Shown here piece by piece: positions 23,943 to 35,890 of a stretch of DNA of 50,811 nt. The position numbers and the translations under genes are program-made. Where the stretch lies: the NCBI RefSeq assembly GCF_001194135.2, contig NC_068999.1, positions 25,119,636 through 25,170,446 on the forward strand. Direction: 5' to 3'. The stretch comes from Octopus bimaculoides. Lineage: Eukaryota. Each line of letters opens with the position of its first letter. The stretch's first letter is position 1. The notes beneath the pieces were generated by a model. It did not search any database. It was not told the origin of the DNA and saw nothing but the letters and a program-made list of their open reading frames with translations.

Positions 23943-24160
23943 GGCGGCGAGCTGGCAGAATCGTTAACACGTCAGGAGAAACGCTTAGCAGCATTTCGTC
24001 GGTCTTTACGTTCTGAGTTCAAATTCCACCGAGATCGACTTTGCTTCTCATCTTTTCGGGGTCGATAGACAAGTACCACTTGAACACTGGAGTCGATGTA
24101 ATCGACTTAGCCCCTCTCCCAAACCTGCTGGTCTTGTGCCTAAAGTTGAAACCAACATTA
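23943..24160 (+). mobile_element. SINE family B, full-length, right member of the pair
   Basis: ggcggcgagctggcagaatcgttaac...ctgagttcaaattcc...gttgaaaccaacatt. Has a tRNA-like A/B-box head. Confidence 0.88.
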
Positions 24161-24239
24161 GATATCAGTGTTTGATATCAGTATCAATTTGAAAAAGAAA
24201 AGTAAAACAGACTCGTTAAGTTTTCGAAGCAGTTTCAGT

Positions 24240-24600
24240 ATCTGTTTTTAGACCGTGAAAAAGAAGCAAAATCTAACGTTTTGGACGCTTGTTCTTCATC
24301 AAACAGAGAAGAATGTAAGTGTTGTGGTTTGGGAATTAAGTAGTGTATAGTAATTATGCAGAGAGGTTGATGTGGAAAACGAAAAGTGGGGGAAAGATAA
24401 ATGAATGATTTTACTAACTGTATGGGGGTAAAACCTAAAAGTGTCAGGTGGCTCATAGAGTTTGTGAGAACCAGATCAAGTGTGATGGGGTAAGTATAAA
24501 TGTTAGGAAAGAGACGAATTGGAGACAAACGTAATGACACAGACACATACACACTTAAACAAGGCGGGGGGAGAAGAGAGTCAGTTAGCATTGGAATATG
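24240..24600 (-). mobile_element. PLE-type terminal (pLTR-like) remnant with decayed hammerhead motif
   Basis: The minus strand reads TTGATGA-A-GAAC-AAGC-GTCC-AAAAC-GTT-AGA (about 24272-24308) after a CT-rich tract, in the same orientation as the PLE RT relic at 25150-26290. Confidence 0.5.
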
Positions 24601-24775
24601 ATTTTTAAGAAATGGTCAGAGTCTAATGAATCAATAAAACGAAGTCTCTAACAAATGGTGAGAACTAGAAAGACAAAAATTGTCCTGAGAGAAGATGGAC
24701 AAAATGTAATGTAGTCTGTAACAAGAGGTAGAAAGGAGGGAGTAGAAAAGATTGAGAGGATACAAAAACTCACCA

Positions 24776-24777
<2 letters not shown>

Positions 24778-24863
<86 letters not shown>

Positions 24864-24872
24864 CGTGCGTGT
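24778..24872. repeat. (GT)n microsatellite
   Basis: Directly visible. Confidence 0.98.
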
Positions 24873-25149
24873 ATAATGAGTTTAGCATTTATAAGGCAGG
24901 AGCGCACTCAAAACTGGATTGGAAGAGTTTAATTTGATACAATTAACAGTTAAGATCTTAAAGAGTTACAATATTTTTCATGAATTTATGCAATAATTGC
25001 GCAATACACACATCCAGGCCACCTGTTTTTACGTATCTTAACCTTTTCCCACTGTTTAAGAAGCCGGAAATTATTTTAAAACCTTGAACACATTTTAAAA
25101 GCAGCAGTGGAATATAGAATTACCGGAGGGAAATAAGCTGCTGAAAAGT

Positions 25150-26290
25150 CACAAAAGTTGTCTCTTTTTCAAAAGAGGAAGGGAGGGAGGATTAGGAAAG
25201 AAGCAGTTAGAGATTCTGGGGACTGGCAATGAAAATTGCGACGGTTGGTTCGTTGGAAAGGCAAGGTGGACGAGTGAAAGGTCATCGAAAAAGAAACTTT
25301 GTCTTGTAATGTGTTCGTTAAGAGTAGAACGAGCGGAGACTGTGTCAGTGGCATGGAATCACTGGAGTGCAGGTCGGATTTGAAAAGAAAATCCAAAAAT
25401 CCAAGTGTTTATAGTATATTGTTTTTAGTGGGGGATGGGATGAGATAGCAGTTCTAGTGTGAATAGAGTGAGAGGAGATAAAGTCCAGTCTGGTGGGACT
25501 GCGAGTCAGTAGGTTTACAATGAATTTAAATTAAAACGTAAGGCTATCGATAGTAACATAAATAGCTAGGAAGTTTACAGGTTTTGAGATGGTAGGTATA
25601 AATTCCCTAGATAGGTGGAAAGTGTTGAAATGATGGCAATGAGTTTAGAGTGCGGTAATGCTGATTAGTCTTTAACCAAACGGTGACTGTATCGTATAAC
25701 TGATAGAAATCAATGGTAAACCTAATGAAGTAGAATAATATCCTTATATGGCCTATAAAGAGATTGGCATAACTGAGGGCTCATCCTAATACCCATAACC
25801 TCTGCGGTAGTTTGTTGACTGAACTCGTCAGAGAAGGAAAAACATTTGAAGGTAAAAACAACTTCAGTTAAGCAGAGAAAATGGTGATCCTAGGTTTTAA
25901 TGAGAAGCGAAGGTCAAAGAAACGTTTAAGGATTAAATCTGTGGACGATGCCAGTGTACATCGATTTTTACATCCATGGTAAATATGAGTTGCAATGGTT
26001 CAAGAAACAGGAGAAAGAATTAAGATTAAAGGCATGGTTAGTGTTCTTAAGATGTAAGAGCAGGGTGATTATAACTTATCAAGATAACTGGAAAGGGGTT
26101 CAGTGATACCACGACAAGCAAAGACAATGCGGCAACCTATGTGGCTGGTATATAGTTGAAGCAGAAGATGTGTTGATGGTGAACTTAGTGGCGGAGAGAC
26201 AGAGTGAAGAGAAAGAGATTGCTTTAATACAACGGGTAAAAGTTTTGGGCTATGGAGAATACGATCGTTGGCCAACTTGCAGTTGTCATA
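25150..26290 (-). mobile_element. Penelope-like element (PLE) reverse transcriptase relic
   Basis: Manual minus-strand translation gives GCRIVFACRGITEPLSSYLDK, LTEVVFTFKCFSFSDEFSQQT..VMGIRM.P and VNFLAIYV...CKPTDSQS, which are degenerate PLE RT motifs with many stops and frameshifts. Confidence 0.7.
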
Positions 26291-27620
26291 TTAATACAGA
26301 CAAATGTATTTTAAAACAGCTTTATTTCATCTATCGATATTAATCTAAGATAATGTAGATAATGTAGTCATTTGTAGCCTGTTTTGTAGTTATTTTTTGT
26401 GAAGTCAAGTGGTTGATGTAAGTTATTTTTTTCTTTTTAACTTGATAAGATGGATGACAATCTACCGCAGTCATCGCCCATTAGTGACAATAAATCCTGC
26501 ACCAAAAGCTAACAAAACAACCGTCTGTTATACAGTGCCTACGCAGTTGCAGCAAAGCGCTGTACACCCCTATGGTATCTATTTACAGCTTTGTGAATTT
26601 TAGGAGGTTAAAAAACGAAAATAATCTCATGGCTTCTTCTTGATAGTCAATTGTTGTATTGTTTTAAGATATATTAAGTAAAATAACAGACTTTTCCATC
26701 TTAAAAATAGTTTGCAATAGTTTTTCTTCTTTTTGTTTTCAGGTTTTACATATTAAATTTCTGCCCAAACATCTTCTACTCCCATAGCATATATGACTGA
26801 CACAAACCATCTGTTACATTTTCTTTAACAAATCCCTGCTGGAAAATTTAATGTGGTTTTCATTTTCTTTTAAAGTTCTTACAAACTGTAAAATATATTT
26901 TCTTCTTTCCATTTAGAGTTGTTCTGCATAAAACGGAGATTCTTAAAATACGAAAATAACTTGCTATATTTTTTTTATTTCTTCCCTCTGACAAGAATTG
27001 TATTGCAAAGAATGTCATCTGAAATTTAGCAAAAGGTACCATTGTTTTTAGAATTTTATAATTAGCCTTTGTTATTTTAAATATAATTTGTTCTAGAAAC
27101 AGGTTCCATCTAGATTGTTTTTATAGTTTATCATTATCCTTGTTAATTTCTCCGATCTGGTGATTAAAACAAAAATTACACGCGCACACACTTGTTATTG
27201 TTGTTGTTTAGCTCCAAGTGGATATTAAGCAAGCATTCCTATTACCAAAAGTCTCACAGACATGACCATTCCGTCATATTTTGAGATATGTGTATAAGAT
27301 TACATTATCAAAAGCCTTTTTTCTTCTTTTACATTTTATTTTCAAACAGTCTAGAAAGTCAAGTGACTACTGAAAAACCTTTCTGTTTCATTTATATACA
27401 GAAACAGTAAAGTGCCGAACTAAATGTCTTGTAAGACTTGATTACGTCCCTTTATATCGTGTTAAACACCAGCAGATCATCTTCCCGCCTATTCCTTCAA
27501 AGCTGATGAAGTACTAGTGATAAAACAAAGTTGCACTTTTTCTTGTAAAATATTAATTTGTGAGAAAATATGGAAACCATATTTCGTACATGACGATCGT
27601 TAAAGTTGTGATATTCTTAC

Positions 27621-27700
27621 CTATTTCTAGGATTTGTATTATCAGACATAGGATCTGAGTCCCCAAAGTTACCATTTAAGTTCGTACTGGCTTCAGCATC
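27621..27700 (-). CDS. Proprotein convertase exon B
   Basis: Acceptor cccattcaAG, donor GTaaga, 80 nt, phase 0/2. Encodes DAEASTNLNGNFGDSDPMSDNTNPRN(S), matching the D.EAS...D.DP segment of convertases. Confidence 0.93.
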
Positions 27701-29154
27701 CTTGAATGGGAAGAGAAAGAAAGAGAGAGAGAGATAAGAAAACGTCTTGTAAATAATTATTCTCCAGCAGAACAAGAACAGTTGTAGTAACAGTTGTAGA
27801 AACAGATAAAGAACACAGCATTTCATTTTATTAGTATGTTAGCATCAGTTAGTAATGCATTGTGTTGTGTTTGGCAAGACGAATGCATAGAATATTTGTG
27901 AGTGCAGCAGTGCTTCATCCCAGATAAATAAGTTCTACAAAGTAATTTGTGCCTTGTATAGAAGGCCAGCAGCTTTTCATAGCTGAAATAGTTTCTTTGA
28001 AGGTGCAGTTTTTATTGTTGTAAATACGTTGAATCCATGGTAGATCATCAAAGATATGAGGTCAAATTTGTTAGGATTAGCGTTAGTAGACTGCGAAAGT
28101 TTTTAGTTTTGAGTTGCATGTTTACTTAATGTGTGCAATAGTTGTATTTGTTTTTTGTGCTGTTGAAGGAAACTTAGTTATGTCTGCACCGGAGTATATA
28201 TTTTAAGGTTTTTGCTCATGCTAGGAGTACATGCATACATATTGTTTCTAGGTTACGCATAGATAACACCCTATGTGCAAAAGGTTATCAAACAATATAG
28301 AGTAATATGATCTGCATAGATGTATGTGTTTATATGTATTTTTGCATATGTGTGTGTAGGTGTGTGACTGGAAGTAACAGCATTGATGTAAAGGATGTAA
28401 ATCGTTGACGTCAAGGAAGTGTGTGGGAGACACCCCAGATCTTGAGTCACATATGAGTTAAACATTTTCTTTCCTTACATTTCATAACTATTTCCTCTCG
28501 AAGATATTTCCAATGAAGTTTAATGAATAGCATAAACATAATTGAAATCAGTTGTCCTATAACATATTATGAGTGCCAAAAGTCTAATTTTCAAATAAAT
28601 GCAAGTTTTTTTGACAGTCACTAAAATTCTATTCTGTGATAAGTGTTTGAATGGGATTTCTAAAATCAATGTTTTATATTGTTAAGTCACATTTTATATC
28701 TATAGACATCAGTTTAATTCTTCCCACAAGTGAGAAAAACATGTTTTGATTTACTTCACACTAACAGTCATCGAGTTAAATATTAATAAATGAATGAAAA
28801 GTTATTCTTTACTTTGGCAGAATTATACACTCCATCTCTATGGAGTATAAAACCTTTTGTATTTACAATTGTGCGAACTGAAATTGAATTAAATTTGTTT
28901 ATTTCTCTATACATAACTTAGAAGACTATAACGAACATTTTCAATTGTACACCACCAAATATGGAAACATATCCTAATACACAAATTAGGATATTTTCTA
29001 TAAAATAAAATTGTTTTCAATTCCACTCCCAATCAAAATCCCACCAGTCGGATAAAAAATCCCTTCTAGTAGAAGGAGAAAGCCGCCTGACTGAGAAACA
29101 TTAGACTAGACACTTATAATTTGTCTTATATTTAGCTTTTCTTGATATATTGAT

Positions 29155-29360
29155 TTCAAATTTTGACACAAAGGCAGTAAGTTCGTGGGAGGGGATAAGT
29201 CGATGACATCGACCGCAGTGCTCATCTGGTACTTATTTTATCGACCCGGAAAGGATGAAAAGCAAAGTCGACCTCGGTGAAATATGAACTCAGGACGTGA
29301 GGAGAGACAAAATGCCGCTAAGCGTTCTGTTCGGCGGGCAAACGATTCTGCTAGCACACT
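29155..29360 (-). mobile_element. SINE family B
   Basis: Reverse complement of the consensus blocks. Confidence 0.8.
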
Positions 29361-29581
29361 ACCTTACTTTTCTAGATATACTGGCCGCACCACAATTTTA
29401 AATGATAACGGAAGGTTGAAATATTTAACCCCGCTTGACCAGATTCAAACGTGCTGCCTTATAAATGATACTAAATAGCAATACAAGGTGTACTCCTCGC
29501 TAGCCTGCATACAATCAAGTAAACATTTTGCAATAAATAAGGTATAATAAATAAATTAGTTGAAAGTTGAATAATACTCAC

Positions 29582-29728
29582 GTAGTTTCTGGCAATATCT
29601 GGGTGTGTATAGTCTATACCATCATCAAGAACACAAATACGAATTCCTCTTCCTGTTATATTCTTCTCCCACAGAGGGATCACATTTAAATTAAGAGGAG
29701 TGTCCTCTCTGATTTCACCAACATTATT
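29582..29728 (-). CDS. Proprotein convertase (kexin/furin family) internal exon A, containing the catalytic Asp
   Basis: Acceptor ttttactttAG, donor GTgagt, 147 nt, phase 0/0. Encodes NNVGEIREDTPLNLNVIPLWEKNITGRGIRICVLDDGIDYTHPDIARNY, with the subtilase VLDDG motif and HPD. Confidence 0.95.
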
Positions 29729-29880
29729 CTAAAGTAAAAAAAATATAGTAAATTATATCCACCCAATATGAAATATAGGCATCTCCACTAAAATAAGATC
29801 TTTTCCGTTAGACGAACAGAGAAAAATCCACATTTTGTTATTTGTATATGTTTCTACATCAACTAATGGATACTGTAATG

Positions 29881-29980
29881 GGGTTAGGTTTAATGTTAAT
29901 GCTTTAGAGTTAAGGTTGAGGATCTAGAGTTAAGGTGTAGGGCTTAGGGTTAGGCTTATGATGTAAATTTAGTGTTAGAA
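29881..29980 (+). repeat. Degenerate TTAGGG-like interstitial tract
   Basis: gggttagg, ttagag, ttaagg, ttagggttagg in roughly 6-nt phase. Confidence 0.55.
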
Positions 29981-30715
29981 TTTGCAGTGCATTGAAAAAT
30001 TTCATTGTAAATATGAATTTGTTTCTTCTATTTTCTTTCAATAAAATAGTTTCGTCTTTAAATGTTTTATAACGTTTTTATAGTTGATTTCTCCACAAAT
30101 AACAAACTGTTGTAAATGTTGTAGTCGCGTTTCGAAAAGAATAATAATACACGTGGCACTTTCCATGACATCGCAGCAGGGAGCCTTCAGCGGATGATTT
30201 GCAAAAATTGCAAAAAATTTTAATCTATAATGGTTCGTAATTTTTTACATTATTAATTTTAAGAAATTATAAAAAAAGTCGTTGGCTTTTGTAGTTGGCA
30301 CGCAGAGCTACATGTGTATTGAAACTTCCAAGAAAATTGAGCCCCGGGTCAATCAGAAACATCCCTGATGAGGTATGGAAGAGACCCATCTGAAAAGTTG
30401 GAGTATAAGACACGCTTTTTTGAATTTTTAAATGTACAAAAATCGCCCTACATCTTATGCAGCCGTACTACGTATGAGATATCGAGTGTTGTAAGCTAGA
30501 GAACTGGATAAGCGTAAGTACGCTACGCACAATAATTGCTACTAATAATAAGATACTGAAAATTTTTTTTAAATATCACAGTCTGTTAACACAAACTACT
30601 TTCGGTACGTTGGTACTTATGCAAGGTAGTCACATCATCTCGTTGAACCATCTTCCCCAGCATACATAACCCACACCTGGTGTGTATCTTACATTATTTA
30701 ATGACTTTGTTACCT

Positions 30716-32001
30716 ACTAGTAGAGATGCCCGGCGTTGCCCGGCGTTGCCCGTGTTACATGCAATTGAAGGATGAGACTTTTCTCTTATATTATCTGTAA
30801 GGAACTGGAATACATATGAATCGAATTTCATCAAAATTGCACATGAGGGTTCTTTCCCTCTTTACACACCCTAAAAAATTCTAATCATGAGACATGTATC
30901 CCATACTATATATCTTTATGCGCATATTCCAAAATGTCAGTCTTCTGGAACCTGTAAAAAGGATTTTGCTCCTGAAAAATGGAGCTCATGGAGCTGTAAA
31001 ATGTGGGTGTATTAATGTCAACCAGAGAAGTTGAATTGTTGGGAATGTTTTTAACTTGGGTCTTATAGTATACCTGTATATATGTGAGAGTATAATTTCA
31101 TTTTAATAGTTTCAGTATGAAATTGAAAGTACTGAAGTGAAAGTATCTGACATTACAGTAGAGTGATGTTATTATTTCACTTTTGACACGTAATAGTGAA
31201 ATAGTGGAGGAGATATGATATTGCTGTAGGCTCGAACTATGCAAGAAGTTAAAAATTGTTTTGGCCTAAGACACTACATGGACCCTAAGTAAGGCATGTG
31301 TTAATTTAGAATGAAATTGGTTGTGTAGTTCTGGAGTTTTAGGGATTCACACAGACACAATTCTCATCTTTATATATGTGATATTTATGCGCATATTCGA
31401 AAATTCTAGTGTTATGGACTCTGTAAAAAGGATTTTGCTCCTGAAAAATGGAGCTCTTGGAGCTGGAAAATATGGGAGTTAAGGCCCCAATTGGGGGTGG
31501 GTGGGTGTGTTAATGTCAACCAGAGAAGTTGAATTGTTGGGAATGTTTTGAACTTGGGTCTAATATGTATTGTTTGAACTTCACAATTTATGCACCACAT
31601 AGCAGAAATCACAATGTAAGTATATCTGAAAGGATAGTCTTACACTGTTGTACCGTTGAATTACAAATAATGCCCATCTGTTATGTTCGGGTAACCCTAT
31701 AGCTACCAATGGTACAACTGTATTCGTCTTTGCTTAGGAAAAATGACTAACTTGTGGGTGTAAAATCCCCATGAAGGGGTCTTTGTAACTTCTAAGAAGA
31801 AGAAATTTTAGAAATATTACTTTATTTGTGTGTAATATGTATGGTTAAAATTTCATCAACATCAAAAATATATGAATTTTCATGGGGGTTATGGCCATTA
31901 TGCATAGAATATAATTTCCAAATTTCTTAAAGATCCATTCAATACTTTTGACGTAGTTTTGGATAAAAAAACAAATGAGTAATGTGTGTATTTGTGTGCA
32001 T

Positions 32002-32045
<44 letters not shown>

Positions 32046-32210
32046 ATAGATATCTGTATGCATGTATATATGTGTATATATGCATACATATTACATGTAC
32101 ATCTATATATATACATTTACACATATGTATACATATACATGTATGCATATAGATCTATATCTATATATATATATCTACATATACGTGTACATATACATGT
32201 ATATGTATAC

Positions 32211-32254
<44 letters not shown>

Positions 32255-32658
32255 NNNNNNNNNNNNNNNNNNNNNNNNNNNNNNNNNNNNNNNNNNNNNN
32301 NNNNNNNNNNNNNNNNNNNNNNNNNNNNNNNNNNNNNNNNNNNNNNNNNNNNNNNNNNNNNNNNNNNNNNNNNNNNNNNNNNNNNNNNNNNNNNNNNNNN
32401 NNNNNNNNNNNNNNNNNNNNNNNNNNNNNNNNNNNNNNNNNNNNNNNNNNNNNNNNNNNNNNNNNNNNNNNNNNNNNNNNNNNNNNNNNNNNNNNNNNNN
32501 NNNNNNNNNNNNNNNNNNNNNNNNNNNNNNNNNNNNNNNNNNNNNNNNNNNNNNNNNNNNNNNNNNNNNNNNNNNNNNNNNNNNNNNNNNNNNNNNNNNN
32601 NNNNNNNNNNNNNNNNNNNNNNNNNNNNNNNNNNNNNNNNNNNNNNNNNNNNNNNNNN

Positions 32659-32704
<46 letters not shown>

Positions 32705-33044
32705 ATGGATACATTTGTGCAGATATATATATGCATGTATGTATGTATATATGTATGTATATATGTATGTATGCCTGTATATATGTGAGAGTATAGTTTC
32801 ATTGCAGTAGATTCAGTATGAAAATGAAACCATTAAAGTGAAAGTATTTGACATGAGTGTTTTTGTTTCACTTTTGACACGTAATACTTAAATAGTGGAG
32901 GAGATATCATGTTGCTGTGGGCTCGAACTATGCTAGAAGTTAAAAATTATTTTTGGCTAGAACACAACTGTGACCCTAAGTAAGGCAAGTGTAAAATTTG
33001 AATGAAATTTGTTGTGTAGTTCTGGAGTTTTAGGGATTCACACA

Positions 33045-33082
<38 letters not shown>

Positions 33083-33120
33083 TTCTCAATTTCATATATA
33101 TATATATAGAAGATATAGAT
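30716..33120 (+). mobile_element. Probable non-autonomous Helitron/Helentron-like element with internal partial tandem duplication
   Basis: Starts ACTAGTAGAGATGCCCGGCGTTGCCCGG and ends cacagacaca(ca)n-ttctcaatttcatatatatatagaagat. Segments about 30912-31070 and 31381-31562 match, as do 31072-31380 and 32773-33118. Classification rests on recalled terminal architecture only. Confidence 0.5.
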
Positions 33121-33147
33121 AAGAGACATTTTAAGAACTATCTAAAT

Positions 33148-33403
33148 CATTGGTTCTCAACCGGGGTTAATATGACCCTTGGAGGGCTACATAAGATTTT
33201 GCTGTTAAAATTAATGTTCAATAAATTGGTTAAACTTCTATACTCCACAAAATATTTTAACAATTTTCTATACAATTCCTAATAATATTTAATAATAAAA
33301 ATGTAATTTTTTTTTAAAACATCGAATGGTTATAAGGGTCCACTCAAGTAAAACAGAAATCAAAGGGGTCCATTGGTAAAAAGAAACTGATTGGGAACCA
33401 CTG
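33148..33403. mobile_element. hAT (Charlie/Buster-type) MITE, 256 bp
   Basis: Termini CATTGGTTCTCAACC and GATTGGGAACCACTG. Perfect 8-bp TSD ATCTAAAT at 33140-33147 and 33404-33411. Confidence 0.9.
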
Positions 33404-35236
33404 ATCTAAATGAAAATTCTCCTAGAAAGATGAAAGGAATGTTAAGCAATCGTCTATTTGCAATGAGTTAGTGATAACAATACATAGTGGTGATGCACAA
33501 ATCTGGCAGCCGAAGGCAATAACACAAAACACAATAGCGAAAAATACAAGTTTTACATCCTGTGTGAAAATTCTCTTGACCAAAATATAAACAGCTATAC
33601 CGTTCATCTGAACGATATAACTGAATTATGGTACTCGTATAATGTAGTCTATATATCATACTTATTCCAGTATACTATCACTACATTGTACAGAATCCTA
33701 CATTTTCCCTTACAAAATCACTTCGTCTTTTGCATCGGACTGAATTGGCTCTTGCTGATAGACAGTCTCCTAAATTTTTGTGCTTATCTTTGGAACCAAG
33801 CAGCGTAGTCAGAATTTCTGCCAGCTGGAGCGGTCTTGAAGGTTAGCACAACACCACGAGAAAAATGATATTATAGATATATAAAGAGTTACCTTGCTAA
33901 AGTTGACCAAGGAGGATCGCTCCCATCATCATCTCTTTAGCTACACTAGTGTTGGAGTCTTCGCGTAATTATTCTACCCGCTAGAAATAACAGCCAAAGC
34001 AACAAATAATGTCGTAATTGTGGACTTTCAACTATTAAGCCCAAGTATTTTCTACAACGTGTCTAAACACTTAATGTTTTAAAACAAGATTAGTATTAGC
34101 TTATATATATATATATATATATNNNNNNNNNNNNNNNNNNNNNNNNNNNNNNNNNNNNNNNNNNNNNNNNNNNNNNNNNNNNNNNNNNNNNNNNNNNNNN
34201 NNNNNNNNNNNNNNNNNNNNNNNNNNNNNNNNNNNNNNNNNNNNNNNNNNNNNNNNNNNNNNNNNNNNNNNNNNNNNNNNNNNNNNNNNNNNNNNNNNNN
34301 NNNNNNNNNNNNNNNNNNNNNNNNNNNNNNNNNNNNNNNNNNNNNNNNNNNNNNNNNNNNNNNNNNNNNNNNNNNNNNNNNNNNNNNNNNNNNNNNNNNN
34401 NNNNNNNNNNNNNNNNNNNNNNNNNNNNNNNNNNNNNNNNNNNNNNNNNNNNNNNNNNNNNNNNNNNNNNNNNNNNNNNNNNNNNNNNNNNNNNNNNNNN
34501 NNNNNNNNNNNNNNNNNNNNNNNNNNNNNNNNNNNNNNNNNNNNNNNNNNNNNNNNNNNNNNNNAGAGGATGGTGGAGGGAGGAAGGGACAGAAGGGTAT
34601 AGCAGTGAAGTAGAGGCCAGGACAGAGGTATAGATAGAAAGATGGAGGAAGACAGATAGATAAATAGATAGAAAGATAGATAGATAGATAGACAGATAGA
34701 TAGATAGATAGAAAGATAGTCACGTCAGAATAATAGTAGACTTACTTGCAAAAAAGGACGTGTGCGTTCAATAATGTAATAATACAAAGAATATATATAC
34801 ATGTATACACACATATATGTACATACTTACATCTACATGTGTATATACATGCATATCAGGGTACAGGACGTTAGAACAATAAACTACAGACAACGGAACG
34901 AACATATAGGAAAACATATATATATATATATGAGTTTAGAGGGACATATTATCCAGGTGGATACCGTATTAGCTCTCAGTTAAGTTCCAGTTAACGGCTA
35001 ACCACGACGATGAAGCTGCGCCGACAATATTGCAAGGTGGAATTTGCAACAGTAAGTAGTCGCTGCAGCGGAAACACGTGTAGGTCATTATAAAATGCTG
35101 TATATAACAATAAACTAAATTTTGTGGATGTACAAGTCTCCATACACTTTACTGTTTATATATATATACATACACAAACACACATTGTTTTCTTTCGCCG
35201 TTTTTTCGTTCTCTCTCCATTTTTTCCCTCTCAAGC

Positions 35237-35272
35237 CTTTCTGTCCAAGAGCGTAGGCTCGAAACGTCAAAG
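35237..35272 (+). ncRNA. Decayed hammerhead-like motif in a repeat related to 41280-41440
   Basis: CTTT-CTGTCCA-A-GAGC-GTAG-GCTC-GAAAC-GTC-AAAG. The flanking sequence (gactttct...gcgtcaaactaatac...cacctgtc) matches the 41.3-kb copy. Confidence 0.45.
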
Positions 35273-35360
35273 ACTTTCTCACTTTCTCGGGCGTCAAACT
35301 AATACACTTGCTTGTTGTTCCCGTACCTGTCTTCGTCTTTTTGTTTTCTGTAAATTTGAA

Positions 35361-35406
<46 letters not shown>

Positions 35407-35816
35407 GTGTGTGTGTGTGTGCGCGTGCGTGCGTATGTATGTATGTATATTGTTAATTCATATATACTAAGTATCTTACGTAATCTTCAACAAGAAGAAT
35501 ATTGTCAAAAGTTATTAAAATCCATTCCAAAATATAAAGCAACCTCAAGATCATGAAGAACTACATATAACTGCCTGCTAGAAATGTAATTAGGGATCGG
35601 CTTGTCAAAGGATAGACCCAACGTTTCCTCTGCAAGTCGTAAAAGGTGTCTGAAAGAGGTTGAGATAGGATTTACATTCCGACCTCATAAAACTCTCATC
35701 CGCAACGTCTACTTAAACTTGTCACGTGAGTAGTGCAAAGGTACTTTCCGCAAGGAGGAAGGAATTACCAACAAATGAAGGAGGCAGCAACGCGCGGTTA
35801 CAGCGGATGCCCCCAT

Positions 35817-35817
35817 G

Positions 35818-35890
<73 letters not shown>
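35817..35890. repeat. (CTA)n microsatellite
   Basis: Directly visible. Confidence 0.98.

Noticed and set aside
23943-24030. SINE heads as tRNA genes
   Set aside because: Only A/B-box-like motifs remain; there is no complete cloverleaf, and each continues into a SINE body.
30362-30400. CTGATGAG...GAAAAG as a hammerhead
   Set aside because: Stem II needs a bulge and a G-U closing pair, and no stem III/GUH or stem I pairing follows.
33422-33607. Hydrophobic minus-strand ORF (MNGIAVYILVK...) as the convertase signal-peptide exon
   Set aside because: It lacks the pro-domain N.WAV-type motif, runs into a stop, and I saw no convincing donor.
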